From the NCBI GenBank assembly GCA_002269645.1, contig NIVC01001332.1:221196-285195 (forward strand): 64,000 nt of DNA. Direction: 5' to 3'. Under the pieces are notes generated by a model. The model saw only the letters and a list, made by a program, of their open reading frames with translations, had not been told where the DNA came from and did no database searches. The DNA comes from Macrostomum lignano (taxonomy: Eukaryota). Position 1 is the first letter of the stretch, and the number at the start of each line of letters is the position of its first letter. Shown one piece after another: positions 23,801 to 35,900 of this stretch. The translations under genes were made by a program, and so were the position numbers.

Positions 23801-26400
23801 CTCTCTCAGTCCTTAACAGGATTAGAATTACCTGGACAATCGGTCACAGCAATATCCTGGGCAATGAGCTCGCAAATTCTCTCGCCAAGCTGACAGCAGC
23901 AACCCATACGGCAACTACCGTCTGATGAGGCTACCCATTCCTAGGTCCCAAGTCACCCGCCAAAGAAACAAGTGGCTTCGGTAAGATTAAAGGAGGCGGT
24001 AAGATCAAAGGAGGCGGTAAGAGCAATGGAAGCGGTAAGATCAAAGGAGGCGGTAATATTAAAGGAGGCGGTAATATCAAAGGAGGCGGTGAAGATCAAA
24101 GGAGGCGGTGAAGATCAAAGGAAGCGGTAAGATCAAAGGAGGCGGTGAAGATCAAAGGAAGCGGTAAAATTAAAGGAAGCGGTGAAGATCAAAGGAAGCG
24201 GTAAGATCAAAGGAAGCGGAAAGATCAAAGGAGGCGGTAAGATTAAATGAAGCGGCAAGATTAGAAGAGGCAACTCAAAGCAAAATAACTCACCAGGAAT
24301 CCTAGTGGTGGCGAACTGTCTCTCGTACTGCCAGCTGCACAGAGGCACGAGGTTCTGCACCATGAGTGGCTGCATTGTCTGCCTGCTGATGTTGCGCCAG
24401 TAGCGCAAGAAGCCCCAGGCCATGTTTGCCGCGCGGGCCACCTGCGTTGGAGGGGGAACTAGTTAACCTGCTCAACTGGGAATTCGCTAACCTACTCAAC
24501 TGGGAATTCGCTAACCTGTTCAACTGGGAATTCGCTAATCTACTCAAAACTGGGAATTCGCTAACCTGTTCAACTGGGAATTCGCTAATCTACTCAAAAC
24601 TGGGAATTCGCTAACCTGTTCAACTGGGAATTCGCTAATCTACTCAAAACTGGGAATTCGCTAACCTGTTCAACTGGGAATTCGCTAATCTACTCAAAAC
24701 TGGGAATTCGCTAACCTACTCAACTGGGAATTCGCTAACCTGCTCAACTTGGAATTCCCTTAACTACTCAATGAGCAATTTTTACTAAAAATCATCAACA
24801 ATTACAAACAACCTTGGCTCACCTGAACATTAGACGGGTTAAGGAGCACGGCATCAACCCCATAGTAGTTGGAGTTCACCATGATGGGGTCGCGACTGTA
24901 CAGGTAGACGAACTCCTCCCACCAGTCGCTAACGTAGTTATTAGTCCAGTAGTACTTCAGTTTCAAATAGAATTGCAATTTCCAAGACTCTTTGGCTAAG
25001 AAATCTCGGGCCAGAGCTCGAGTCTCGGCCATCTCAGATTCGCTAAGCAGCGGCTCCATGCTAAGCAGGTAGCGATCCACCGTCTTCTTCACTGGCGGAA
25101 CTGGCAGCGTTGGTAGGCAGCCCTGGCAATAAAGTAAAGTAAAATGATAATTTCCATACATATCGGCTGAGCAAATGTACAAGCCTACTGTAAAATCTTT
25201 GATCTAAAAAACCAATATTTCGATACATATCGGCAATTTTCATACCTTTAAAGAAGACAAAATAGAAACAATTATTTCAATACTTATCGACTATTTTATT
25301 CATACTTTTAGGACGAGAAAATATAAATAAATACACTTCCGATACATATAGACTATTTTTCATATATATTAGGGCAACAAATTCTCAAATAATATACCTA
25401 TTAGGACGACAAAATCTAAAGAACTATTTCAATACAGATCGGCACCAACCAGGAAGACAAAATGAAAAAATTATTTCGATATATATCGGCTATTTTCATA
25501 TAAATTAGATGAAGATATTTATTAGACAAACTATTGCATAAACAATTATTTCGATACATATAGGCTATTTTCAAATAAATTAGATAGATATTTATTAGGA
25601 GACAAACTATTGCATAAACAATTATTTCGATACATATCGGCTATTTTCATATAAATTAGATGAAGATATTTATTAGCAGACAAACTATTGCATAAACAGT
25701 TATTTCGATACATATCAGCTATTTTCATATAAATTAGATGAAGATATTTATTAGCAGACAAACTATTGCATAAACAGTTATTTCGATACATATCAGCTAT
25801 TTTCATATAAATTAGATAAAGATATTTATTAGGAGACAAACCATTGCATAAACAATTATTTCGATACATATCGGCACCAACCAAACAACTCACCTGGAAG
25901 CTAAACAAACTAGCCCCAGACGACCAGAGCAAGACGCGGCAGGCGCCGAACCACAGCTTGGTCCGCCAGGAGGTCGGGCCGCGCACCTCGTACATCCAGC
26001 CGTGATAGGCCAGCAGCTGACTCTGCACAGACTTGTACACTCTGGCAACGGCTAGCCAGGAAAAGCCGGAGAAGATCGACACGGCCAGGTAGCGATTATA
26101 CGGAGCCGGCACGGTGACAAATCGACTAATTAGGCTTTCAATTTTTGCTCCGCAGCCAAAAGTTGGATCCCGGCCGAGCAGTGCTGCGCTGGTGCCGCCA
26201 AACAGGGCCAGACAGAAACTCTTGGGCCCCATCGGGTAGGTGCTGTTCCATACCCGGTTCTTCAGCCTGCCGATGCCTTTCTTGTAGCTGCGCACTATTG
26301 AAGCGAACACTTCGCGTAGCACCGTGTGATCAAAGTCCAGCTGGATGCCTTCGTCCGTGATGTTGAAAGCAAACACCACCGCTTGATGAGCTTCGGCCAT
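14813..26400 (-). CDS. CPT1: Carnitine O-palmitoyltransferase 1 paralogue A, 9 exons, ~776 aa
   Basis: Exons 26400-25894, 25122-24823, 24441-24294, 23369-22930, 19672-19647, 19552-19484, 16958-16574, 15832-15473, 14908-14813, all GT-AG and in frame. MAEAHQAV N-terminus, [21 protein letters not shown] (catalytic His), [26 protein letters not shown]. Confidence 0.93.
14918..15445. repeat. ~46-bp minisatellite in CPT1-A intron 8; opposite-strand relative of the 42-bp array at 28500-32570
   Basis: Unit TAGATTAGCAATCCATTCTATTCCAATTCAACTATATATGATTGGC; its reverse complement contains GGAATAGAATGGATTGCTAATCTA. Confidence 0.9.
17230..18815. repeat. 21-bp minisatellite (CATTTTAGCACCGCAGGCACT), ~75 units, CPT1-A intron 6
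   Basis: Direct tandem units; source of the 486-546 aa repeat ORFs. Confidence 0.97.
18973..19268 (-). repeat. Dispersed ~300-bp repeat, copy 2 (inverted relative to 779-1082)
   Basis: Reverse-complement alignment by eye; lies in CPT1-A intron 6. Confidence 0.8.
19807..21855. repeat. 80-bp (some 79-bp) satellite, ~26 units, CPT1-A intron 4
   Basis: Unit CATGCTTTGGCGATTGTCTATGGCCAAAACCGTGTATGGGGAGAGCATTGAATTTAAGACACGGCCAACCATATTCAGCC; no unique spacers. Confidence 0.97.
22130..22900. repeat. 36/33-bp minisatellite, CPT1-A intron 4
   Basis: Unit AGATGTGGGTCAAGGATAGGTCAGTAACAGCTGGTC. Confidence 0.95.
23420..24270. repeat. GGCGGTAAGATCAAAGGA-type repeats in two blocks (23420-23550, 23980-24270), CPT1-A intron 3
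   Basis: Visible units flanking a unique ~430-bp insert. Confidence 0.85.
24460..24760. repeat. 23-26-bp minisatellite (CAACTGGGAATTCGCTAACCT), CPT1-A intron 2
   Basis: Visible units. Confidence 0.9.
25140..25880. repeat. ~78-bp degenerate tandem repeat, CPT1-A intron 1
   Basis: ATTATTTCGATACATATCGGCTATTTTCATA-type units. Confidence 0.85.
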
Positions 26401-26414
26401 GATTCGTCATTAAA

Positions 26415-27780
26415 ATAAACAATTTCTATTGTGTTTATCATTGAATATTAAACAATTTCTATTGTGTTTATCATTGAATATTAAACAATTTCTATTGTGT
26501 TTATCATTGAATATTAAACAATTTATATTGTGTTCATCATTGAATATTAAACAATTTCTATCGTGTTTATCATTGAATATTAAAAAATTTCTATCGTGTT
26601 TATCATTGGATATTAAACAATTTCTATTGTGTTTATCATTGGATATTAAACAATTTCTATTGTGTTTATCATTGAATATTAAACAATTTCTATCGTGTTT
26701 ATCATTGGATATTAAACAATTTCTATTGTGTTTATCATTAGATATTAAACAATTTCTATTGTGTTTATCATTGAATATTAAACAATTTCTATCGTGTTTA
26801 TCATTGGATATTAAACAATTTCTATTGTGTTTATCATTGGATATTAAACAATTTCTATTGTGTTTATCATTGAATATTAAACAATTTCTATCGTGTTTAT
26901 TATTGGATATTAAACAATTTCTATTGTGTTTATAATTGAATATTAAACAATTTCTATTGTGTTTATCATTGAATATTAAACAATTTCTATCGTGTTTATT
27001 ATTGGATATTAAACAATTTCTATTGTGTTTATAATTGAATATTAAACAATTTCTATTGTGTTTATCATTGGATATTAAACTAATTTCTATCGTGTTTATT
27101 ATTGGATATTAAACAATTTCTATTGTGTTTATCATTGGATATTAAACTAATTTCTATCGTGTTTATCATTGGATATTAAACTAATTTCTATCGTGTTTAT
27201 CATTGAATATTAAACAATTTCTATTGTGTTTATCATTGAATATTAAACAATTTCTATCGTGTTTATCATTGGATATTAAACAATTTCTATTGTGTTTATC
27301 ATTGGATATTAAACAATTTCTATTGTGTTTATCATTGAATATTAAACAATTTCTATCGTGTTTATTATTGGATATTAAACAATTTCTATTGTGTTTATAA
27401 TTGAATATTAAACAATTTCTATTGTGTTTATCATTGAATATTAAACAATTTCTATCGTGTTTATTATTGGATATTAAACAATTTCTATTGTGTTTATAAT
27501 TGAATATTAAACAATTTCTATTGTGTTTATCATTGGATATTAAACTAATTTCTATCGTGTTTATTATTGGATATTAAACAATTTCTATTGTGTTTATCAT
27601 TGGATAATAAACTAATTTCTATCGTGTTTATCATTGGATATTAAACTAATTTCTATCGTGTTTATCATTGAATATTAAACAATTTCTATTGTGTTTATCA
27701 TTGGATATAAAACAACTGATATTGTTATTATCATTGAATATTAAACAATTGATATTGTTATTATCGTTGAATATTAAAGT
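26415..27780. repeat. 33-bp AT-rich minisatellite abutting the CPT1-A start codon
   Basis: Unit TTTCTATTGTGTTTATCATTGAATATTAAACAA. Confidence 0.95.
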
Positions 27781-28499
27781 AATTACTGATTACAAACTCA
27801 CAAACACAATCAATACACTCATTATAAGTCGATAAGCACAACCGATAAACTATAAATTAATTGTGATAAACACAACTGATAAACACAACCAATAAACACA
27901 ATTGATACTCTTATTTAGGTCACAAACACAAATCTACTTATTGGGTCATAAGCAGATACAGTCATAAAATACATTCCTTATGCTTAATACACTAATACAC
28001 CTAATTTTAATCAGACTTTAAAATAAAATAATGAAATCAATTAGCATTATTTATGTACAACAGAATTGTCTCCGCAAAAAAGCAAAACATGTATGAATCG
28101 TGTTCATTCTTAATCTAAGAATCAAAATGCTACAACTGTACAACAGAACCCTATAAAAAGAGCCAATGCAGAAGACAACGGCAAAAACAGGATAAATTGA
28201 ATATTAATTAAAAATCAAAGGGTTTGCCAATAATTATTGTAGATCGCTTATAAAAACAAGTAGTTCGCAATAAAACGCCAATAAAATAAAAAACACAAGA
28301 TAGAAAAAATTATATATAATGCGGTAATTTAGGCAATTTTAGTCATTAGAATTATAATGTTTTAGGCCCTTAAATGCAACTAGCTCGTAAAACCGGCGTC
28401 AATTAAGACAATAAAACGCTATATCTCACAATTTCAATAAAAGATAAAAATATGGACTGGAGTGTATTTACTAATGCCCAGCTATTGCACAGAAACTAA

Positions 28500-31400
28500 T
28501 AGATGAATGGATTGCTAATCTAACCAACCATAGGAATGATGGAATTGAATGGATTCCTAATCTAGTCAATCATATGAATGATGGAATTAAATGGATTGCT
28601 AATCTAGCCAAACATATAAATGATGGAATAGAATGGAATAGAATGGATTGCTAATCTAGCCAACCATATAAATGATGGAACAGAATGGATTGCTAATCTA
28701 GCCAATCATATGAATAATGAATTAGAATGGATTGCTAATCTAGCCAACCATATAAATGATGGAACAGAATGGATTGCTAATCTAGCCAATCATATGAATA
28801 ATGAATTAGAATGGATTGCTAATCTAGCCAAACATATAAATGATGGAACAGAATGGATTGCTAATCTAGCCAATCATATGAATAATGAATTAGAATGGAT
28901 TGCTAATCTAGTCAATCATATGAATGATGGAATAGAATGGATTGCTAATCTAACCAACCATATTAATAATGAAATAGAATGAATTGCTAATCTAGCCAAA
29001 CATATAAATGATGGAATAGAATGGACTGCTAATCTAGCCAACCATATAAATGATGGAACAGAATGGATTGCTAATCTAGCCAACCATATAAATGATGGAA
29101 CAGAATGGATTGCTAATCTAGCCAATCATATGAATAATGAATTAGAATGGATTGCTAATCTAGCCAACCATATAAATGATGGAACAGAATGGATTGCTAA
29201 TCTAACCAACGATATGAATGATGGAATAGAATGGATTGCTAATCTAACCAACCATATGAATGATGGAATTGAATGGATTGCAAATCTAGTCAATCATATG
29301 AATGATGGAATTGAATGGATTGCTAATCTAGTCAATCATATGAATGATGGAATTGAATGGATTGCTAATCTAGCCAATCATATGAATAATGAAATAGAAT
29401 GAATTGCTAATCTAACCAACCATATGAATGATGGAATAGAATGGATTGCTAATCTAACCAACCATATGAATGATGGAACAGAATGGATTGCTAATCTAAC
29501 CAACCATATGAATGATGGAATAGAATGGATTGCTAATCTAGCCAAACATATGAATGATGGAATAGAATGGATTGCTAATCTAGCCAACCATATGAATGAT
29601 GAAATAGAATGAATTGCTAATCTAGCCAAACATATAAATGATGGAATAGAATGGAATAGAATGGACTGCTAATCTAGCCAACCATATAAATGATGGAACA
29701 GAATGGATTGCTAATCTAGCCAACCATATAAATGATGGAACAGAATGGATTGCTAATCTAGCCAATCATATGAATAATGAATTAGAATGGATTGCTAATC
29801 TAGCCAACCATATAAATGATGGAACAGAATGGATTGCTAATCTAACCAACCATATGAATGATGGAATAGAATGGATTGCTAATCTAGCCAACCATATGAA
29901 TGATGAAATAGAATGAATTGCTAATCTAGCCAAACATATAAATGATGGAATAGAATGGAATAGAATGGACTGCTAATCTAGCCAACCATATAAATGATGG
30001 AACAGAATGGATTGCTAATCTAGCCAACCATATAAATGATGGAACAGAATGGATTGCTAATCTAGCCAATCATATGAATAATGAATTAGAATGGATTGCT
30101 AATCTAGCCAACCATATAAATGATGGAACAGAATGGATTGCTAATCTAACCAACGATATGAATGATGGAATAGAATGGATTGCTAATCTAACCAACCATA
30201 TGAATGATGGAATTGAATGGATTGCAAATCTAGTCAATCATATGAATGATGGAATTGAATGGATTGCTAATCTAGTCAATCATATGAATGATGGAATTGA
30301 ATGGATTGCTAATCTAGTCAATCATATGAATGATGGAATTGAATGGATTGCTAATCTAGCCAATCATATGAATAATGAAATAGAATGAATTGCTAATCTA
30401 ACCAACCATATGAATGATGGAATAGAATGGATTGCTAATCTAACCAACCATATGAATGATGGAATAGAATGGATTGCTAATCTAACCAACCATATGAATG
30501 ATGGAATAGAATGGATTGCTAATCTAACCAACCATATGAATGATGGAATAGAATGGATTGCTAATCTAGCCAAACATAAATGATGGAATTGAATGGAATA
30601 GAATGGATTGCTAATCTAACCAACCATATGAATGATGGAACAGAATGGATTGCTAATCTAACCAACCATATGAATGATGGAATAGAATGGATTGCTAATC
30701 TAGCCAACCATATGAATGATGAAATAGAATGAATTGCTAATCTAGCCAAACATATAAATGATGGAATAGAATGGAATAGAATGGACTGCTAATCTAGCCA
30801 ACCATATAAATGATGGAACAGAATGGATTGCTAATCTAGCCAACCATATAAATGATGGAACAGAATGGATTGCTAATCTAGCCAATCATATGAATAATGA
30901 ATTAGAATGGATTGCTAATCTAGCCAACCATATAAATGATGGAACAGAATGGATTGCTAATCTAACCAACGATATGAATGATGGAATAGAATGGATTGCT
31001 AATCTAACCAACCATATGAATGATGGAATTGAATGGATTGCAAATCTAGTCAATCATATGAATGATGGAATTGAATGGATTGCTAATCTAGTCAATCATA
31101 TGAATGATGGAATTGAATGGATTGCTAATCTAGTCAATCATATGAATGATGGAATTGAATGGATTGCTAATCTAGCCAATCATATGAATAATGAAATAGA
31201 ATGAATTGCTAATCTAACCAACCATATGAATGATGGAATAGAATGGATTGCTAATCTAACCAACCATATGAATGATGGAATTGAATGGATTGCTAATCTA
31301 GCCAACCATATAAATGATGGAATAGAATGGATTGCTAATCTAGTCAATCATATAAATGATGGAATATAATGGATTGCTAATCTAGCCAACCATATAAACG

Positions 31401-32570
31401 ATGAAACAGAATGGATTGCTAATCTAGGCAATCATATGAATAATGAATTAGAATGGATTGCTAATCTAGCCAATCATATAAATGATGGAATAGAATGGAT
31501 TGCTAATCTAACCAACCATATAAATGATGGAATAGAATGGACTGCTAATCTAACCAATCATATAAATGATGGAATAGAATGGACTGCTAGTCTAACCTAC
31601 CATATAAATGATGGAATAGAATGGATTGCTAATCTTACTAACCATTTGAATGATGAAATAGAATGGACTGCTAATCTAACCAATCATATAAATGATGGAA
31701 TAGAATGGATTGCTAATCTAGCCAACCATATAAACGATGGAACAGAATGGATTGCTAATCTAGCCAATCATATGAATAATGAATTAGAATGGATTGCTAA
31801 TCTAGCCAATCATATAAATGATGGAATAGAATGGATTGCTAATCTAACCAACCATATGAATGATGGAATAGAATGGATTGCTAATCTAACCAACCATATG
31901 AATGATGGAATAGAATGGATTGCTAATCTAACCAACCATAGGAATGATGGAATAGAATGGATTGCTAATCTAACCAACCATATGAATGATGGAATAGAAT
32001 GGATTGCTAATCTAACCAACCATATGAATGATGGAATAGAATGGATTGCTAATCTTACTAACCATTTGAATGATGAAATAGAATGGACTGCTAATCTAAC
32101 CAACCATATAAATGATGGAATAGAATGGATTGCTAATCTAGCCAACCATATAAACGATGGAACAGAATGGATTGCTAATCTAGCCAATCATATGAATAAT
32201 GAATTAGAATGGATTGCTAATCTAGCCAATCATATAAATGATGGAATAGAATGGATTGCTAATCTAACCAACCATATGAATGATGGAATAGAATGGATTG
32301 CTAATCTAACCAACCATATGAATGATGGAATAGAATGGATTGCTAATCTAACCAACCATAGGAATGATGGAATAGAATGGATTGCTAATCTAACCAACCA
32401 TATGAATGATGGAATAGAATGGATTGCTAATCTAACCAACCATATGAATGATGGAATAGAATGGATTGCTAATCTAACCAACCATATGAATGATGGAATA
32501 GAATGGATTGCTAATCTAACCAACCATATGAATGATGGAATAGAATGGATTGCTAATCTAGCCAACCATA
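28500..32570. repeat. 4-kb array of 42-bp units with higher-order blocks, between the CPT1 paralogues
   Basis: Unit AACCATATGAATGATGGAATAGAATGGATTGCTAATCTAACC; near-identical blocks start at 29130, 30074 and 30890. Confidence 0.97.
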
Positions 32571-32905
32571 TGGATTTTCATTCATGTTATGCATTGAAAA
32601 ATCAGTACATGCTCAAACGGAATAGCAAAGCAAGGTACTGGAAACGCAAGTCTGAACAGCAGGTCATAAAATATTAGTAGACTATCTGCATGGATATAAT
32701 TGTGTTATATTTCTCGAATTCAGCTTCCAGTTTAAGTACAAACTTAACGGGATAATGTTACAGTATAACGTAGCAATAAATTAAAAAATATATTGCACAG
32801 ATATTGACCGAATATTGCACCAATGTAATAAACTAGTCATATAATTAGTTATATTCAACTCATAATAGGCAGGGTTCGCAAAGCAAAATCGACCTCAGAC
32901 AGCAG

Positions 32906-35900
32906 TCAAAACAGATTTTTCACATCCAACAGAGCCCGGCAGATCTGCTCGCCGAATCGACGGGAGTCCTGCAAAATGATTGATTAGTGCATTAGCTAGG
33001 AACAGTGTGTGCACTGCAACATCAGGATCGCTTGACTGAGATTCGGGAGATTTCGGGATTTAGGAACTAGGAATGCATTTAGGGATCGCACAATCTTGAA
33101 ATTTAGCATACGAGCGCGTAAGATTTTAGGAACTGAGAATCTGGAATCTGGGATCTGACATCTGGGAGCTGGGATCTCAAGAACTAGGATCTGGAGTCTG
33201 AGGACCCATGACCTAAGGACTAGGGAACTAAGGATCTGAGATCTGAGGATCTGGGATCTGAGGATCTGGGATCTGAGGATCTGAGGATCTGGGATCTGAG
33301 GATCTGGGATCTGAGGATCTGGGATCTGAGGATCTGGGATCTGAGGATCTGGGATCTGAGGATCTGGGATCTGAGGATCTGGGATCTGAGGATCTAGGAT
33401 CTGAGGATCTGGGATCTGAGGATCTGGGATCTGAGGATCTGAGGATCTGAGGATCTGGGATCTGAGGATCTGGAATCTGAGGATCTGGGATCTGAGGATC
33501 TGAGGATCTGGGATCTGAGGATCTGGGATCTGAGGATCTGAGGATCTGGGATCTGAGGATCTGGGATCTCAGATGTACCAGGTAGGATCTCAAAATCTGG
33601 GATCTGAGATGTAGGATCTCAAGATCTAGGATCTGAGGATCTAGGATCTTGGATCTGGGATATGACATCTGAGGATATGACATCTGAGGATCTGACATCT
33701 GAAGATCTGACATCTGAAGATCTGACATCTGAGGATCTGACATCTGAGGATCTGACATCTGAGGATCTCGGATCTGAGGATCTGACATCTGAGGATCTGA
33801 CATCTGAGGATCTGACATCTGAGGATCTGACATCTGAGGATCTAACATCTGAAGATCTGACATCTGAGGATCTCGGATCTGAGGATCTGACATCTGAGGA
33901 TTTGGGATCTGAGGATCTAACATCTGAGGATTTAAGGCACAGCAAAAGCTACACGAACCGTTTTATCCGAGCTGACGCGGCTGCTAACATGGAAGAAGAC
34001 GGTGTCCTCCCCCGCAATGATGTAGGACACACCGTAACCGTCGTGTGACACGGGCCCGAAGCCGCCACCGGCGCTCAAGAAATCCGGATTCTTGTGAAAA
34101 TCCATTTTGCTAGTCTGTCCGTGCGGAGTCTGCGAGGTGGACAGCTTCCACTGGCAGTGCAGCGCCTTCTCCAGGAAAGGCGACTGGGTCTTGCAGTACT
34201 TGGACACCACGTACAGGGTGAACAGGTGCCGGTCCACGCCTTTGCCAGTCATGGCGTCCCGGTACATTGTTTGGTGCTTCTCCGAGGCTTGCCGGAGCAG
34301 ACGGATAACTTCCTCATTCTGGGACAAAAGAGACAGTTTGAGTAAGTAAAGAGCCAATTTAAATTAACCGATAGGCCGCCACTTGCACTAGCTTAGTCTC
34401 TTAAGGAGAGATTGGAGTGTAGTTATAGCTAGAGTTGGATTAAAGGTTGGGCTTTAGACCTTAACGGAAACAGTTCGTTATAATAACAAAATGAATTCCG
34501 ATACAAAGCGTTGATTTTTCTCTGGCAACAATAGCCTCTTCTTCTAGTCTTTTGTCGGCTGTTTTACTTGCCCTATTATTTAGCTAATTGCTGAACTGTA
34601 GGATTTGCAATAGGTATTTATTAAGTGACTCTCGTTTACTCACTTTTAGGTGGCAAAGGCGGTGCAAAATCTTTCCTGCAGCTATTAATCTTTAACTACT
34701 TTTCTTCTCGCTATGATCTGCTGCATCAATAGGGTGCATTATAATCTTGTATAGCTTACAGATTCACCAATTCATTAATCTTACAGATTCACCAATTCAT
34801 TAATCTTACAGATTCACCAATTCATTAATCTTACAGATTCACCAATTCATCAATCTTACAGATTCACCAATTCATTAATCTTACAGTTTCACCAATTCAT
34901 CAATCTTACAGATTCACCAATTCATCAATCTTACAGTTTCACCAATTCATCAATCTTACAGATTCACCAATTCATCAATCTTACAGATTCACCAATTCAT
35001 CAATCTTACAGTTTCACCAATTCATCAATCTTACAGATTCACCAATTCATCAATCTTACAGATTCACCAATTCATTAATCTTACAGTTTCACCAATTCAT
35101 CAATCTTACAGATTCACCAATTCATCAATCTTACAGTTTCACCAATTCATCAATCTTACAGATTCACCAATTCATCAATCTTACAGATTCACCAATTCAT
35201 CAATCTTACAGTTTCACCAATTCATCAATCTTACAGATTCACCAATTCATCAATCTTACAGATTCACCAATTCATCAATCTTACAGATTCACCAATTCAT
35301 CAATCTTACAGATTCACCAATTCATCAATCTTACAGATTCACAAATTCATCAATCTTACAGATTCACCAATTCACCAATCTTACAGATTCACCAATTCAT
35401 CAATCTTACAGATTCACCAATTCACCAATCTTACAGATTTATGAATCCACAAATCCCATAGATTTTTGCCTACTGACTAAAAACATCAATCTAAGGGCAG
35501 TCTACGAGTCTACGATTATCCAACTAATGGAAATCTTAAATTCCAAAGCACCTGAATTATGATTAGTCATTATTACCTAAGAGGATTAAAGATTAAACAC
35601 AATCAGACAGATAAAAGTCATATTCTTACACGCCGGCACTTATCGAAATTACCAAAGTGACAACTAACAGACATTGCTAAATACCGATATTGGATGGATG
35701 TCCCCTAATTTAAGAGTACTAAGAAACAAAAATCTTACTTACAAAATGGAAACATAGTTTACATATTTTCGTCCGGACACTACCTTTCACGTCTACTATG
35801 AGTAGAATGAATATAAAATGACTAGTAATATATAGTTTAGGTCGGTTATTTTTTCTTTCAACTCTTAGTGTTCTACACAGATACTAAAACACTAGATGGG

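Noticed and set aside
31436-32677. 413-aa [14 protein letters not shown] repeat protein
   Set aside because: The 42-bp unit is a multiple of 3; sibling blocks contain TGA stops, and the same repeat lies in an intron on the other strand. Only expression or proteomic data could rescue it.
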